From Seison nebaliae (lineage: Eukaryota): DNA of 64,000 nucleotides. The position numbers were made by a program, and so were the translations under genes. The stretch lies in assembly GCA_023231475.1 (NCBI GenBank), contig JALJEE010001046.1, positions 1-64,000 on the forward strand, read 5' to 3'. Positions 23,597 through 36,129 of this stretch are shown here, piece by piece (the stretch's first letter is position 1; each line of letters opens with the position of its first letter). The notes below the pieces were generated by a model. It saw only the letters and a list, made by a program, of their open reading frames with translations, made no database searches and was not told where the DNA came from.

Positions 23597-23914
23597 TTAG
23601 ACACCAAATGCTGCATTGCCATCACTACCATCCGAATATCGACGAGATGATAATTTCTTCTCAAATTTTGTATCCATTTTCTTCTTTTCCATAAATTCTT
23701 CATATCGTCGATGTTCTTCATTTTTCATCAGTTCATTCAATTCTTCTAATTGACGTTGTTGGTAAGCAATCATTTCTTCATCTGACAGAATTCTGTTGTT
23801 ATTCTTCCAATCGACAATGTTATATATGGGAACGGATGGTTTCGATTCGACATTTTTCGAATCTTTATGTCGTTTGATAGAAAAAGTTGAACTGTTTCTC
23901 TTCTTCGTTTCCAT
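23597..23914 (-). CDS. Hypothetical 105-aa charged, helical protein
   Basis: Uninterrupted ORF, strong start context ACCATGG and coding-like composition. No family recognised. Confidence 0.5.
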   Translation of the reverse strand: METKKRNSSTFSIKRHKDSKNVESKPSVPIYNIVDWKNNNRILSDEEMIAYQQRQLEELNELMKNEEHRRYEEFMEKKKMDTKFEKKLSSRRYSDGSDGNAAFGV

Positions 23915-25242
23915 GGTTACGAAACAAAGAGGAAAGATTAATTCTGTATTAGAATAACTGGCGAATAAGAGAAGTAGGAAAGAAGTAGGTTATTCATATC
24001 CGTAAATTTATAGGAATAAAAATGAGTTTGAATTCAATCGGTTTTTCGATTAAATTCCATATTGTTTATGATGACTGGTTTTCTCTTTTGAAAGGAATAT
24101 TAATCTATCTAATTCGCGAATGATTATATTCCACACGAATTTAGATGATGGGAATAATTACTTAAAATAACATCGTTCCAGCAACTGATAATTAAAAACA
24201 TCAAGATAATGTTGGCCCTTTGTTGCACGTACGATCTGTGTAAGTTATATGAAATTCGAATAGGAAATGTACATTTATACGCAGATAGATAAGAAAGAAA
24301 AGATTAGTTTGAAATGGAATAAATTTGATGAATGATAATGGGAAAATAATTAAGGACAATAGTCTCTGCTGGACTCATCATGTGAATGGTAATTGTATCT
24401 AACAAGTAAGTCGAATGAAAATAAAAGAAAAAGTCGTCATTTGGAGTAGGATGATTAGCATATCGTCTTGGATTATAGTTTCCACATAGAAATAAGAATC
24501 ATGGAAGTGCTCCAATAACAATCAGATGAATAGAGATTTCCCTTGTAACGATGCATATATCTTTTTCTTTCTATCTCAATCAGTCAATGAAAGCGAGTAT
24601 TGATATATGAGTTTCTAGTGTATTATTACCTTTTATGCTTTCACCCAACATCTTATGTAAAGAAGAAAATGATGAATCGATGTAGCAAGAGGAATAATAT
24701 TCAAATAATTTTACGGTTATTCATAGAGGGAATGATGAATTCATTAATCTTCACCAGAAAAAAGTAGTAGGTTTAATCAATTAAATTTTTATTGGAAACA
24801 AATTGGTTAGAAGAAGAAATGAATGAATGGTAATAAATTGTTAGTAATAATCGATACAATCCCACCTCCTTTTCCTAATAGTACCTCAATTACACAAATG
24901 TTAAGCAAATTATCTAATTATGTATTAATGGACCGATTCATTCAGTAGAATGATTAAGCAATTTCCCTAAATTTTCCGCTCATAAATTTATCGCTTGAAA
25001 TATTTTGTAATATGATTAAAAATTATGAGAAGTTTATTAAAAACAGTTTTCATTCCAATTTTGAACTGTTGAAATTTTAATTCGTAATTTTAAATCTTCC
25101 CATTAATTATCTTTCTAGTATCTACCAGCTTAATAGTTGTGATATGAATATTTCAATTAAATAATTTTGAATTTGAAAAATTTAAATTAAATTATTCTGA
25201 AGTTTGAAGCGTGTGGCATTTGTTGATTAAAAATTTTCGTTT

Positions 25243-26136
25243 ATGGATGTGTTGAATAACGAAGTAGAATTGATTGAAGTCAATGAAATAAATTCAAAAA
25301 AAAAGGAAAAATGTTGTGATGAGAATGATGATATTGAGAACGATGAAGACGATGAAGACGAAGAATCGATAATTGAATTAAAAACTGAGATGACATCGTC
25401 GCTCTCTAAGGACTCGGATAAGAATGGAGAAGAAGTTGAAGAAAGAATAATTTCCCAGTTAATCGGACAAGGAGCCGAGAGTCGAGTATATAAAATGACA
25501 AAGGAAAATGGTGACGAATATATTGTTAAAGAAAGAGTTCATAAAGATTATCGGATAACTGAACTCAACTCATGGTTATTATCCCAGCGACATAATGCAG
25601 AGTTGCGAGGATTGAAAAGAGCAAAACAATTGGAATTAAATGTTCCTAAAGTTTTGGGATCTGATTTGAAGAAATTAACAATCGAAATGACACTATTGCC
25701 ATTCGTTTCGTTGAAAGATTCTCTGAGAGAGTTGGAGAATAAATTAACAGATGAAGACGATGATCCAACACTATCAATACTTAAAAATTTGATGGATGCT
25801 GTTGGTGGAGCTATCGGGAAAATGCACAACGGACATCTCATTCATGGAGATCTAACGACATCCAATATTTTAGTAGAAAATAATAACGAAATTTATTTAA
25901 TTGATTTCGGTCTCTGTAATTATTCGACTACATTCGAATGCAAAGCAGTCGATTTAAATGTAATGGATCGATGTATTCGGACCACAAATAGAAATTCTGA
26001 TTTCTTATTCACTCATCTTCTTCAAGGTTATGCAAAAGAACTGGTGAAAGAGAATTCACTAGAACAAATCGAATTCTTTCTAGGGAAATATGAGAAAGTA
26101 AAATCACGGGGGAGAAAACGTGATATGATCGGATAG
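25243..26136 (+). CDS. TP53RK: Bud32/PRPK atypical kinase (KEOPS complex) with acidic N-terminal extension, intronless
   Basis: QGAESRVY, VKER..KDYR, HGDLTTSNIL, IDFGL, KAVDL and the C-terminal RGRKRDMIG. Confidence 0.93.
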   Translation: MDVLNNEVELIEVNEINSKKKEKCCDENDDIENDEDDEDEESIIELKTEMTSSLSKDSDKNGEEVEERIISQLIGQGAESRVYKMTKENGDEYIVKERVHKDYRITELNSWLLSQRHNAELRGLKRAKQLELNVPKVLGSDLKKLTIEMTLLPFVSLKDSLRELENKLTDEDDDPTLSILKNLMDAVGGAIGKMHNGHLIHGDLTTSNILVENNNEIYLIDFGLCNYSTTFECKAVDLNVMDRCIRTTNRNSDFLFTHLLQGYAKELVKENSLEQIEFFLGKYEKVKSRGRKRDMIG

Positions 26137-26544
26137 AAATTTACAATCTCCTTCAATTTACTTCCTTAAATAAATGATGTTTTCATATTTTTTCTTTTTC
26201 ACTTTTTCACAGTTTTTTCCTTTTTATTTTCACGTAATTTTTTTCCCATTTTGTTGAATAAGATTTTCAATGAAAACTATTTTTTGTAAAAAAATATATT
26301 TCAAATTTTTCTTTTACTCTCAAGAAATTTTTTTTGAATAGAAAATTTTTCATCATTCTCTAATTATTGAAATTCTAAAAATTTATTCTTTATAATGTTT
26401 TTCCTCAATAAATTGTTAACTAAAAAATTATTAAATATTTCTTTTGTAATTTCTTCATTTCACAACACTCAACAATTGTTCTCATGATTTCTTCATCAAT
26501 TTTTATTCTCTTATTTTTTCGTTATTGTTAGAGGAATAAGAATC

Positions 26545-27336
26545 TTATTTTTTCTCGATAAATTTACCAGTATCATCTTGTATGCCGCAAACGATATTCG
26601 CTGGTAATGCTTTGTCGATGAATTTTGGATATGGCAAATTGAGATTATTCATAATTTCAATGAACTCCTCTTTACTCTTCGTTAATCGTGCATTATATTT
26701 CAATTCTTCAGCAACCGTTGTGACGGTGAATCCTTTATAGTCATGTGCAGGATATAATAGAGTATTGGGTGATAAAGATAGAATTTTTGATCTGACACCA
26801 TCATATAAGACGGCTGGATTGCCTTGTTGGAAATCGGTACGGCCACAACCTCGAATAAGAAGAGCATCCCCAGTGAATGCACAAAATTCTTGTTTGCTTT
26901 TTGGATTTAATAAAATATACGTAACACAACCATTTGTGTGACCTGGTGTCGTTCGACAAATGAATGTAAATCGACCAACTTTTATTTTCTCATTATCTTT
27001 CACATATTTATCGGCCATTCCACCCGAATCCGAACCCAACACACTTTGACAATCAGCAAATGAACATTCACCTTTTTGCTTCATTTCCTTCAATCGTTTC
27101 TTTATCAATCCAGTTCCGGTTACATGATCTGCATGAACATGTGTATTCATAGCGTAAACCAATTTCAATTTTAGTTCTCTAATCAATTTGAGATCTCGTT
27201 CCACCTCTTCAAATACCGGATCGATAATACATGCTTCTCCCGAATCATTATCGGCGATAATATAAGTGTAAGTCGATGTGACTTTCTCGAACAATTGACG
27301 AAATATTAATTTTTCCATATATATTCTTGATTCCAT
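26545..27336 (-). CDS. ETHE1: Persulfide dioxygenase (metallo-beta-lactamase fold), intronless
   Basis: [56 protein letters not shown] and LNLPYPK.ID.ALPAN..CG. Confidence 0.95.
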   Translation of the reverse strand: MESRIYMEKLIFRQLFEKVTSTYTYIIADNDSGEACIIDPVFEEVERDLKLIRELKLKLVYAMNTHVHADHVTGTGLIKKRLKEMKQKGECSFADCQSVLGSDSGGMADKYVKDNEKIKVGRFTFICRTTPGHTNGCVTYILLNPKSKQEFCAFTGDALLIRGCGRTDFQQGNPAVLYDGVRSKILSLSPNTLLYPAHDYKGFTVTTVAEELKYNARLTKSKEEFIEIMNNLNLPYPKFIDKALPANIVCGIQDDTGKFIEKK

Positions 27337-28595
27337 GATGTAGAAGAAAGAAAGAGAGATTTGTTAATTTTTGAAATAGAAATATTAATGTAAGAAATGG
27401 AATGTCAATAATTTATTGATAAAATCAAATTGAAAATTTTTAGTTCCAATTTTATTCGACTACGAGAATAATATTCTCGTAAATTAATAAATTAAAACAA
27501 TTATTCTCAGAATATGTTAAATTTTAGTTCAAAACAAATTGAAATATATGTCGAACTGGCGAACCATTCAAAATTAGTAATCGGAAAATTATTAATAAAT
27601 GAGAGAATTTTACATCCCGAATGTTTAATAAAATATCATTCTGTAAATATAAACTGATAATTGGAAAAATGTAGGTTACTTTGACACATCCCAAATATCA
27701 ACCTACATTTTATTCAATTTAATAATAATCGTAAAATAATCTAATCAACAAATATTTGATATTGGACGATAATGATGCGACATCTCAACATTCTTATTTT
27801 ACACTTATTCTTCTGAATCACTTCGTCCTTCGAAGAGTGTCTGATTAAATAAACAAATCATTAAGCAAACTTCATTTCTTCTTTTTTGATCTACAACCAT
27901 GGACAATTTGTACCTTCTACTACAACTATATGACAACTATAACATAATTGAACTAAAAATGATTTATTATAGAACATAAAATTTATTGAAGAAATTTTAA
28001 TTAAATATGATAAATTTTGAGGTGTGAGAATTTGAAATTACATGACAACTAAACAACAATATTTTTAAATAATATTACATAATACCATTCCTAAATAGAT
28101 CATTTTTAAACATTATGAAATCTTTCATAAAAGAGCATTAATATAGATTGTAGTAGCAACGGATGTATCCATTTAAATCTTTTATGAATTTTAATTTGAT
28201 TGAAAATAGAATTATGAAAACTATGAAATAGACTATGAAAAACTAATTATAGTTAAATATAACGTTGTTATTAAACTATAACTGAAATATGTGTAGATTC
28301 GGTACAATCTTTGCCAATTATCAAATCACCCTGATGGTTATTAACGAACTATATAGTTTATTTTAACTTCAGACATTATAAAATAAATTATGAAAATTTT
28401 GAGGTAAAAAGTAGAAGATATGTAGACGATAATGTTATGCGAGCGAAAAATTTAATCTTTTGAAAGTTAAGGATTAGGAAATTCAAGACTTATAATTGTT
28501 TATTTAGAATTTGTTAGACGGTTTACCATTTCTCAACATAATGTTAACAATGTTTTAGATATTTATATTCCAGTTCTCATATTCAGAGGAAATAA

Positions 28596-28770
28596 CCCTA
28601 GTGTGAGTATAACTCATTTTTTTATACAAAAAATGAGTCTATAAGATTTAGTCGATATTGACTCAAAACTAACTCATTTTTGTCTCAATTTGAGTCAATA
28701 TCGACTAAATCTTATAGACTCATTTTTTTCATAAAAAAATAGTTAAATTTGAGTTATACTCACACTAGGG
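28596..28770. mobile_element. 175-bp near-perfect foldback (MITE-like)
   Basis: Terminal inverted repeats CCCTAGTGTGAGTATAACTCA / TGAGTTATACTCACACTAGGG, plus an internal perfect pair AAAAAATGAGTCTATAAGATTTAGTCGATATTGACTCAAA and its reverse complement. No clear target-site duplication. Confidence 0.8.
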
Positions 28771-28884
28771 AAATTTAAAAAGAAACGACCAAATGATGAA
28801 CATAAGATTATGAATAATAAAGTCTTTTATTAAAAAGATTTTATTAAAAAAAGAAATTGAAAGCAAAGAATTGTTCGCATTTTC

Positions 28885-29323
28885 TCATCCGATAAAACCA
28901 GGTAAATATTCTGAAACTAAGTTGGTTCCTACTCTAGCCGCCCCAGTTTTGAATTTACCCCGGGCAAAATCATAGGCAGCCATTCGTCGATTAACATTTT
29001 GTTCGACTTGAGTAAGATTCAATTCAAGAGGTGCAGTAGGAGGTGGCACATCTTGGACACTAAACGATTGTTCTGCGTAATAATCATAAGCTGTATTCAC
29101 TAGATCTTTACCTGCACGGAATGGGTATGTATTAACATTACATATCATAAAATTTGTTACATAAATTATTGAAACGAAAGGAAAGGTTTCGATGCGATTG
29201 TTCATGGAATTGCTTAAGAAACAATATTTCCACTAATAAAGTTGAGGAGGAAAGAAAAAGAAAAAAGTAATGGACGAGAGTAGAAAAAGTAGAAGAATTA
29301 GAACTTGAGAATGGAAAGTTCAT
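28885..29323 (-). CDS. Hypothetical small protein, probably spliced
   Basis: Coding-like 3' exon (KDLVNTAYDYYAEQ...YDFARGKFKTG...PGFIG). A model with two GTT-AG introns gives an open frame from ATG 29323. No family recognised. Confidence 0.45.
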
Positions 29324-29539
29324 TTTTGAACATGGAATTTTTTTCCTCTATATTTTCAACAATGAACTCTACATCTTCCCATTTTTGTTAGTAACAGTTA
29401 GACAGTTATTCGACACATGTATTAGATACATGTAAATAAATTAATATATAATCAAATTCGTTTACTTCAAAACGGAAATAAAAAATATCGATGAAATAAA
29501 TAAATTACTTATTAAAATAAGTAATAATCAGAAGAAACA

Positions 29540-29998
29540 ATGACAGTTATCGATTTGCCTCAGGAAAATGGACTCTCCGCTTTGCCAGCATCAAAAATGT
29601 TAAATGTTTTAAAAACTAATTTAGATAAGAATCACGACGGTTACGTGACCGATAGAAAATATCGATTTTTAATGGAAAAATTGAGGCCAAAAAAGGTCAG
29701 CTTTCACAAAAAATTGCATGAACTTATAACTCAAAATCGAATGGTGAAACGAAAAGCATTAAACGAACATAAATCGAGATTATTCCGTCTATATAATAAT
29801 GTCCTCCCTCAAATACAAAGACAAGAGGATCGTCAAGATTTAAAAACTTTATTGAGACTGGTCGAAGAACCTGAATATATGAGAGATACTTCCTTAACTA
29901 ATGACAGTTTGAGACGACATTCTTATTTCGAAAGGAGACCATTTCTATTTCTCTTCATTTTATGTAATCTAATTTCATCGTTAGTTTTCTATCGCTAA
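29540..29998 (+). CDS. Hypothetical 152-aa protein with an EF-hand-like loop
   Basis: Open ORF with DKNHDGYVT resembling an EF-hand loop and a hydrophobic C-terminus. Divergent from the previous gene. Confidence 0.5.
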   Translation: MTVIDLPQENGLSALPASKMLNVLKTNLDKNHDGYVTDRKYRFLMEKLRPKKVSFHKKLHELITQNRMVKRKALNEHKSRLFRLYNNVLPQIQRQEDRQDLKTLLRLVEEPEYMRDTSLTNDSLRRHSYFERRPFLFLFILCNLISSLVFYR

Positions 29999-30639
29999 TT
30001 TAATGGATCTCTAATAAATGATAATGAAACATGTTAAGAAAGTTCCTTTTACAAATAATAAATATAGGAAGTTTTAAAGATTTAAGGTGTATTGAATAAA
30101 TTTCAGAGATTTTTGAATAAACTTTTAGGGAATTTATTTTTAAACAAAATATTTATTTTTTATAATTTAAATTAATAATAACTAATGTAAAAGGAAATAA
30201 TGATAATTCATTGAAGTCATTTGCCTCGATCAGTTCACGACCTCGAGAGATAAATGGAAGTAAATTATTGGAAATGAATTCAGAAATGTTGAAGGAATTT
30301 ATCATTTCCGTCAATGAAGCGTGAGATTGTGGATATTCTAAATCGTAATATTTGCAAAATAATTTACAGAACGTTAGTATGAGAGTTGAACTCTTCACAT
30401 TGATGAAAGGATGGAAATACGAATAGTGAATTATTGATATTGGTAATAAATGTACAAATGGTAATACTTCGACATTAGCAACAGTGGCAAAGGTGGTAAC
30501 TCTAAGATCGTAAACATGAACACTCTATTGAATGGACGTGTACATCCTAATAGAATTCGTATATAATGATTATATGTCCTGTCCAATGATAACATACATT
30601 TTAAGTTAAAAGCAAGAGATAAAAATTTGATTTTATGGT

Positions 30640-31005
30640 TGAAATGAATATATTCATTTGGAAGATCGAAGATAATTCAAATGATCTTATGTTAGAGATT
30701 TCGAACGAATCTTTTCGATAATCGTCTTCTTACGGTTATCCATTTGACAGCCTAGATTCTAGGCCCTAGAAAAATGATCATCCTACAACTTAACTTCCGA
30801 AATTCCAGATATTTTTTGGGAAAATATATATTACATAAAATTTTTGATTTCGTTACATTACATTTAATCCCACAATTATTTCATTGAATGATAATCTCTT
30901 TTTTTAATTCAGTTAGTTGATGTGGATTGTTTATGGCCACAATATCATCCGCATAGGCGTAAACAGCTGGATAAGTGAAGTTTCTTAGAGTAAAGGAGTT
31001 ATCTT
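30640..31005 (-). mobile_element. Decayed non-LTR retrotransposon reverse-transcriptase fragment
   Basis: The minus strand translates to PAVYAYADDIVAI (YADD at 30944-30955), then GLNV / VTKSKIL across a frameshift, then IIEKIRSK. Stops and frameshifts are present. Confidence 0.65.
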
Positions 31006-31048
31006 TATTTATTATTTTCTAATGAGATTTTTTCATAAATTCTCCAAG

Positions 31049-31994
31049 TTAAATTATTTTCTTTTTACCTTCATAAAATTCGGCTGTATTAAAAATTTGT
31101 TTCGGTATAAGAATCTTCTTTGGGATTTCTTTTGACTTCCATTGACTCATATATTTTTGTTTTTCCGCTAATATTACTCGTGCAGGTATTATATCGTTTG
31201 CTAATTTCTGAAAATTTTCAATTTCAAATATTTAAGTTAGATAAATAGCAGTGAAAAAAAGAAAAACTTTAAAATTTGAAGGAATTCTTATTAGAGAAGA
31301 ATGACGTGTTATAAGTAAATATTGCCAACCAACCATTCCGTAATGAGCCAACATCACTCGATAATACTGGAGAAACGTTTCGACCAAAGGGAAAGCAATA
31401 GGTAAATCTTCACCCAAATAAACGTTTCCTCTTAAAATAATCCAAACTCCATTGAGATAATCCAATCTCTTCTCGTTCATCAAGATCAAAACAATTCGAC
31501 CAACTTTCTGATATTGTGAGTCGAGATCCAGAGCAATAATATGATGAATGTCACTTGAAAATTTTAGAGAAGTATTTTGAAAGAAAATAAAAATAACTGT
31601 TTTTGGAAGTTTTGGAGTTTTTGATCATAAAATTTCACATTCGTCAAACGACGATGAATGTTCGATAATTTCTGTAAAGGATTTATATAAATCGAACCAG
31701 TCTCATCAAACGATTTTTCGTCTTTATTATTATTCCAATTCCAAGTATAATGAATTCCATTTCTCCATAAATAAAATTCTTTCAAATCTTTAGGTAAACG
31801 AAATTTTTCATTCTTTTCAAATTTAAAATTGACATAAGTGGGAAATTTAGAACTTGTTCAAATTCTTCAATGTCGTTCAACGTGAGATCTCTGAATGTGT
31901 CATTCTTTTTAATATCAATAATATTAGGTTGCCTCTGAATCTCAGATAAGAATTGATCAAAAAATGGTTCTGAAATAAATTTTACTTCTTCCAT
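31049..31994 (-). CDS. TPGS2: Tubulin polyglutamylase complex subunit 2, 4 exons
   Basis: Spliced product FEQNEKFRLPKDLKEFYLWRNGIHYTW...GSIYINPLQKL...ETFLQYYRVMLAHYGMVGWQY parallels TPGS2 motifs (FYLMTNGFHMTW, GSMAINSISKL, TFTAYYRLLITHLGLPQWQY). Confidence 0.8.
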
Positions 31995-32442
31995 CACTTT
32001 TCTCGATTTTAGTTGTCATGGGAACAGAAAATTATTTCCTAATTTTAGTTTTTCATAGAAACGGAAAGTCTTATTTAAATTTGATTTGATTTTTTAAATT
32101 TTATTATTCATCCGAATTAAAATTTAGAAGTAAGTTCTTAAAATTGTTTTTGAATGTAAAATTATTGAACCCAACTGGAATCTCAATAAGAACAACGAGA
32201 ACTAAATGGTGATTAACAAGTTTTTTATGGGTAATTTAATTTTTTTTGGGAACTGTTAGTGAGAAGGCAGAGAAGAAGGAAAGAATGGCAAATAACACGT
32301 CAGATGGTAAGAGAAATTACAAGCGTCTTACATTCTACATTCATGTAGACTCTACACATAAAAAATTAATTACACGTAGACATGTGACGGTAATAAATAA
32401 AGAAATCAAGCGACATATGACGTATATGATGGAAGGAAAAAT

Positions 32443-32567
32443 TGCCACGTCGGTGTAAGAGATATTAAAGCCAAATATTTAATGTGAAGAAATAAATGAA
32501 TAGATGTGAAATGACATTATGAATGATATATAAGAACTGACGTGGCACGTTGAAGGAATAGACCAAT
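32443..32567. promoter_or_regulatory. UPR element-like sites upstream of BiP
   Basis: TGACGTGGCA at 32538-32547, inverted near-copy TGCCACGTCG at 32443-32452 and CCAAT at 32563. These match XBP1/ATF6-type sites expected at BiP promoters. Confidence 0.65.
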
Positions 32568-32891
32568 CAAATTTGAACAACTCAGACCACCTATTTTCTA
32601 CATAGAAAAGGAAAATATATAAAAAAAACTCAAATTTTCATTTTAGATATTCATTCTCATTCATTCATTTTACTTGTTTCAATTTTTCACATTTTATTCT
32701 ATTGTCGTACAAGACACGTTGTACTTTCTCATTACGCGTACACGCGTACATTTCCAATAGGGAAATCTATTCGTATATCTTATATCTAATATCTTTTTTT
32801 GATTTGTCTCCCTCATTACCTATTCCTTACCAGACTGAACGAACATTTTACTAATTAATATTCTTATTACAAATTCGAGAAAGATTTCGTG

Positions 32892-34931
32892 ATGATGAAG
32901 TTGTTCAATACTTTCCTACTTCTATTCTGTATTGGTACGCTCTCATTCGTCTATGGTGATGATGATAAAGAAGATGTCGGTACTGTCATCGGTATTGATC
33001 TGGGAACAACCTACTCATGTGTTGGTGTGTACAAAAATGGTCGAGTAGAAATCATTGCCAATGATCAAGGTAATCGAATCACTCCATCGTATGTGGCGTT
33101 TACAGATGAAGAACGTCTAGTTGGTGACGCTGCAAAGAATCAGATTGCATCTAATCCAGAAAATACGATTTATGATGTCAAACGATTAATTGGAAGAACA
33201 TTTGATGATAAAGATGTTCAAAAGGATATGTTACATTATTCCTTCAAAGTTGTGGATAAATCAAACAAACCACAAATCAAAGTGAAAACGGCTCAAGGCG
33301 ATAAATTGTTCGCTACGGAAGAAGTGTCAGCTATGGTCCTAAGCAAAATGAAGGAAACAGCAGAAGCTTTCTTAGGAAAGAAGGTCACTCATGCCGTTAT
33401 TACTGTACCTGCATATTTTACTGATGCTCAACGTACTGCCACAAAAGATGCTGGTGCCATTGCCGGATTGAATGTTATGAGAATTATTAACGAACCAACT
33501 GCCGCAGCTATCGCTTATGGATTGGATAAGAAAGGAAAAGAGAAGAATGTCTTCGTTTTCGATTTGGGAGGTGGAACATTCGATGTCTCATTATTGACGA
33601 TTGATGAAGGTGTATTCGAAGTTATCGCAACAAAAGGAGATCCTCATTTGGGAGGAGAAGATTTCGATAATCGAGTTATCGATCATTTTATTAAAGTTTT
33701 CAAAAAGAAAACTGGTAAAGATATTCGACATGATCAGAAGGCAAAACAAAAACTCCGACGTGAAGTGGAGAAGGCGAAACGAACTCTCTCATCTCAACAT
33801 CAAACAAGAATTGAAATCGAATCATTTTATGATGGACTTGACTTCTCCGAAACTTTGACCAGAGCCAAATTCGAAGAACTGAACATGGTTATTATTATAC
33901 TATATATTCAATTTATTAATTATTTTTTATTTGAATATTTTTAGGACTTATTCCGAAAAACTTTAGGCCCAGTACAAAATGTCTTGACTGATGCTGATAT
34001 GAAGAAAGATGAAATTGATGAAATTGTACTAGTTGGTGGATCTACTCGAATTCCGAAGGTTCAGCAATTGGTCAAAGACTTCTTCAATGGCAAAGAACCA
34101 TCACGCGGAATTAATCCTGACGAAGCTGTTGCTTATGGTGCTGCTGCACAAGCAGCTACATTATCCGGTGCCGATAAAACGAACGATATGGTCTTACTCG
34201 ATGTTAATCCATTAACTTTAGGTATTGAAACGGTTGGTGGTGTCATGACAAAATTAATCCCAAGAAATACCGTCATTCCAACAAAGAAATCGCAGATCTT
34301 CTCAACTGCTGCCGATAATCAACCAACAGTCACCATTCAAGTGTTCGAAGGAGAACGACCAATGACGAAAGATAATCATCATTTGGGAAAATTCGATTTA
34401 ACCGGTATTCCACCAGCACCACGAGGTGTCCCTCAAATCGAAGTCACTTTCGAAATTGACACTAATGGTATTTTGAAAGTGAGTGCTGAAGATAAGGGTA
34501 CAGGAAACAAGAACAATATTGTTATTAATAACAAACAAAATCGATTATCAGAAGAAGAAATCGAAAGAATGATCAAACAAGCCGAACAATTTGCAACTGA
34601 AGACAAAGCGTTAAAGGAGAAGGTTGATGCCAAGAACGAATTGGAATCATATGCTTATTCGTTGAAAACTCAATTGAATGATAAAGAGAAACTTGGAGGG
34701 AAATTGTCAGATGAAGAAAAGAAAACGATCGAAGATGCCGCTGATGAACAGATTAAATGGTTGGAGGCAAATGCTCAAGCTGAAGTTGATGAATTGAAAG
34801 AACATAAGAAGAAATTGGAAGAAATCGTTGCTCCAATAATGACGAAATTATATGGACAAGCTGGTGGACAAGCACCACCACCACCACAACAACAACAATC
34901 TGAAGATGACGATGAAAAGGAGGAATTATAA
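32892..34931 (+). CDS. HSPA5: ER Hsp70 BiP/GRP78, 2 exons (intron 33888-33944)
   Basis: Signal peptide, [38 protein letters not shown] and the C-terminal ER retention variant KEEL. Confidence 0.96.
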
Positions 34932-35808
34932 ATAATTATCAAAAAAATCATATGAATTTATTATGAAAATTTTATGATACATATCTCCTTATTAATGTCA
35001 TCACTTTTTATTCACTTCCCTCAGTCATTCAGAGAACGAGCCTTTCTTTTAGTCTCGCTCGTTTGTTGTTGGAATTATCTTCAACATCAAACATCGTTTA
35101 TAAACAACACACATTTCTTTTTCTTGTTATTTGTTTTAAATTCTGTAATTCTTCTCTATCAAGAATCGATTAAAACCGATTTTAATAAAATTTAATATAA
35201 AAATATTCTTCGAAATATTTATGTTTTTAACAATAAAATTATTATAATTTTTTATGTTTCTTTTTATACTCATTTCACACCATCATCAAACGAATCATCA
35301 TAACATACTCATCAATTTCAGAAATGAAAAAAAAACTATTCTGTATCTCACTAAAAAAGAAATGATGAATATTATGGAGGTCGACATAAAAGCATATGAT
35401 GATATGTGATAAATTCTTATCTAATATGAAATTTATGACTAAAATAACTTCCACCATTAAATTTTCCAATTAATGCTATTATGTCATTTTACGATCGTCG
35501 TTAAAGCATAACAATGTTGATAATTTAAGATTAAATCATTTTTATAAGTTATTGTTTAGTTTTAACATTTAGTTTAGAATTATATTTCGATACTATAGTT
35601 TTGAAATTTAATTTAATTCATGTTACTTAAAGGACAAATTCGAAATCGTACTAAAGGACATTTTATTTGAAAAAATTTATTGAAACTCGATTTACTTCAG
35701 TTACGTATTAGTAATACGTTAAGCACTTTTTCTTCAAGTGTATCAATTTCTAATGTGAGACTTAAGCTGAAAGTTGAGAGTTGTTATAAAGTTTAAGCCT
35801 GAAGTATT

Positions 35809-36013
35809 GAACCCAAGTATGAAAGGCATCCTTTTATGGTTTTTTCTTAAAATTGGAAAATTTGTATAAAAAGGCACCCTTTTTTTCTACATATTTTTCT
35901 TATCTATTTCTCTCCTTTTCTCTAAAAGTATGTAGAAAAAAAGAGTGCCTTTTTATATAAATTTTTCAAATTTAAGAAAAAAATATAAAAGGATAACTTT
36001 CATACCGAAAATC
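35809..36013. mobile_element. 205-bp MITE/foldback with 8-bp target-site duplication GAAGTATT
   Basis: About 85-bp imperfect inverted arms (GTATGAAAG..CCTTTTAT..TATAAAAAGGCAC..TTTTTTCTACATA). GAAGTATT lies at 35801-35808 and 36014-36021, equidistant from the arms. Confidence 0.85.
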
Positions 36014-36129
36014 GAAGTATTTCCCTCATTGTTTTTGAAGATAACTTGAAATAGAGATGAGAAAAGGTTAAGTTGGTGAAGGTTGAAACACCAGAGCTGT
36101 AACTTAGGAAATCCATTGATTTTTTAAAT

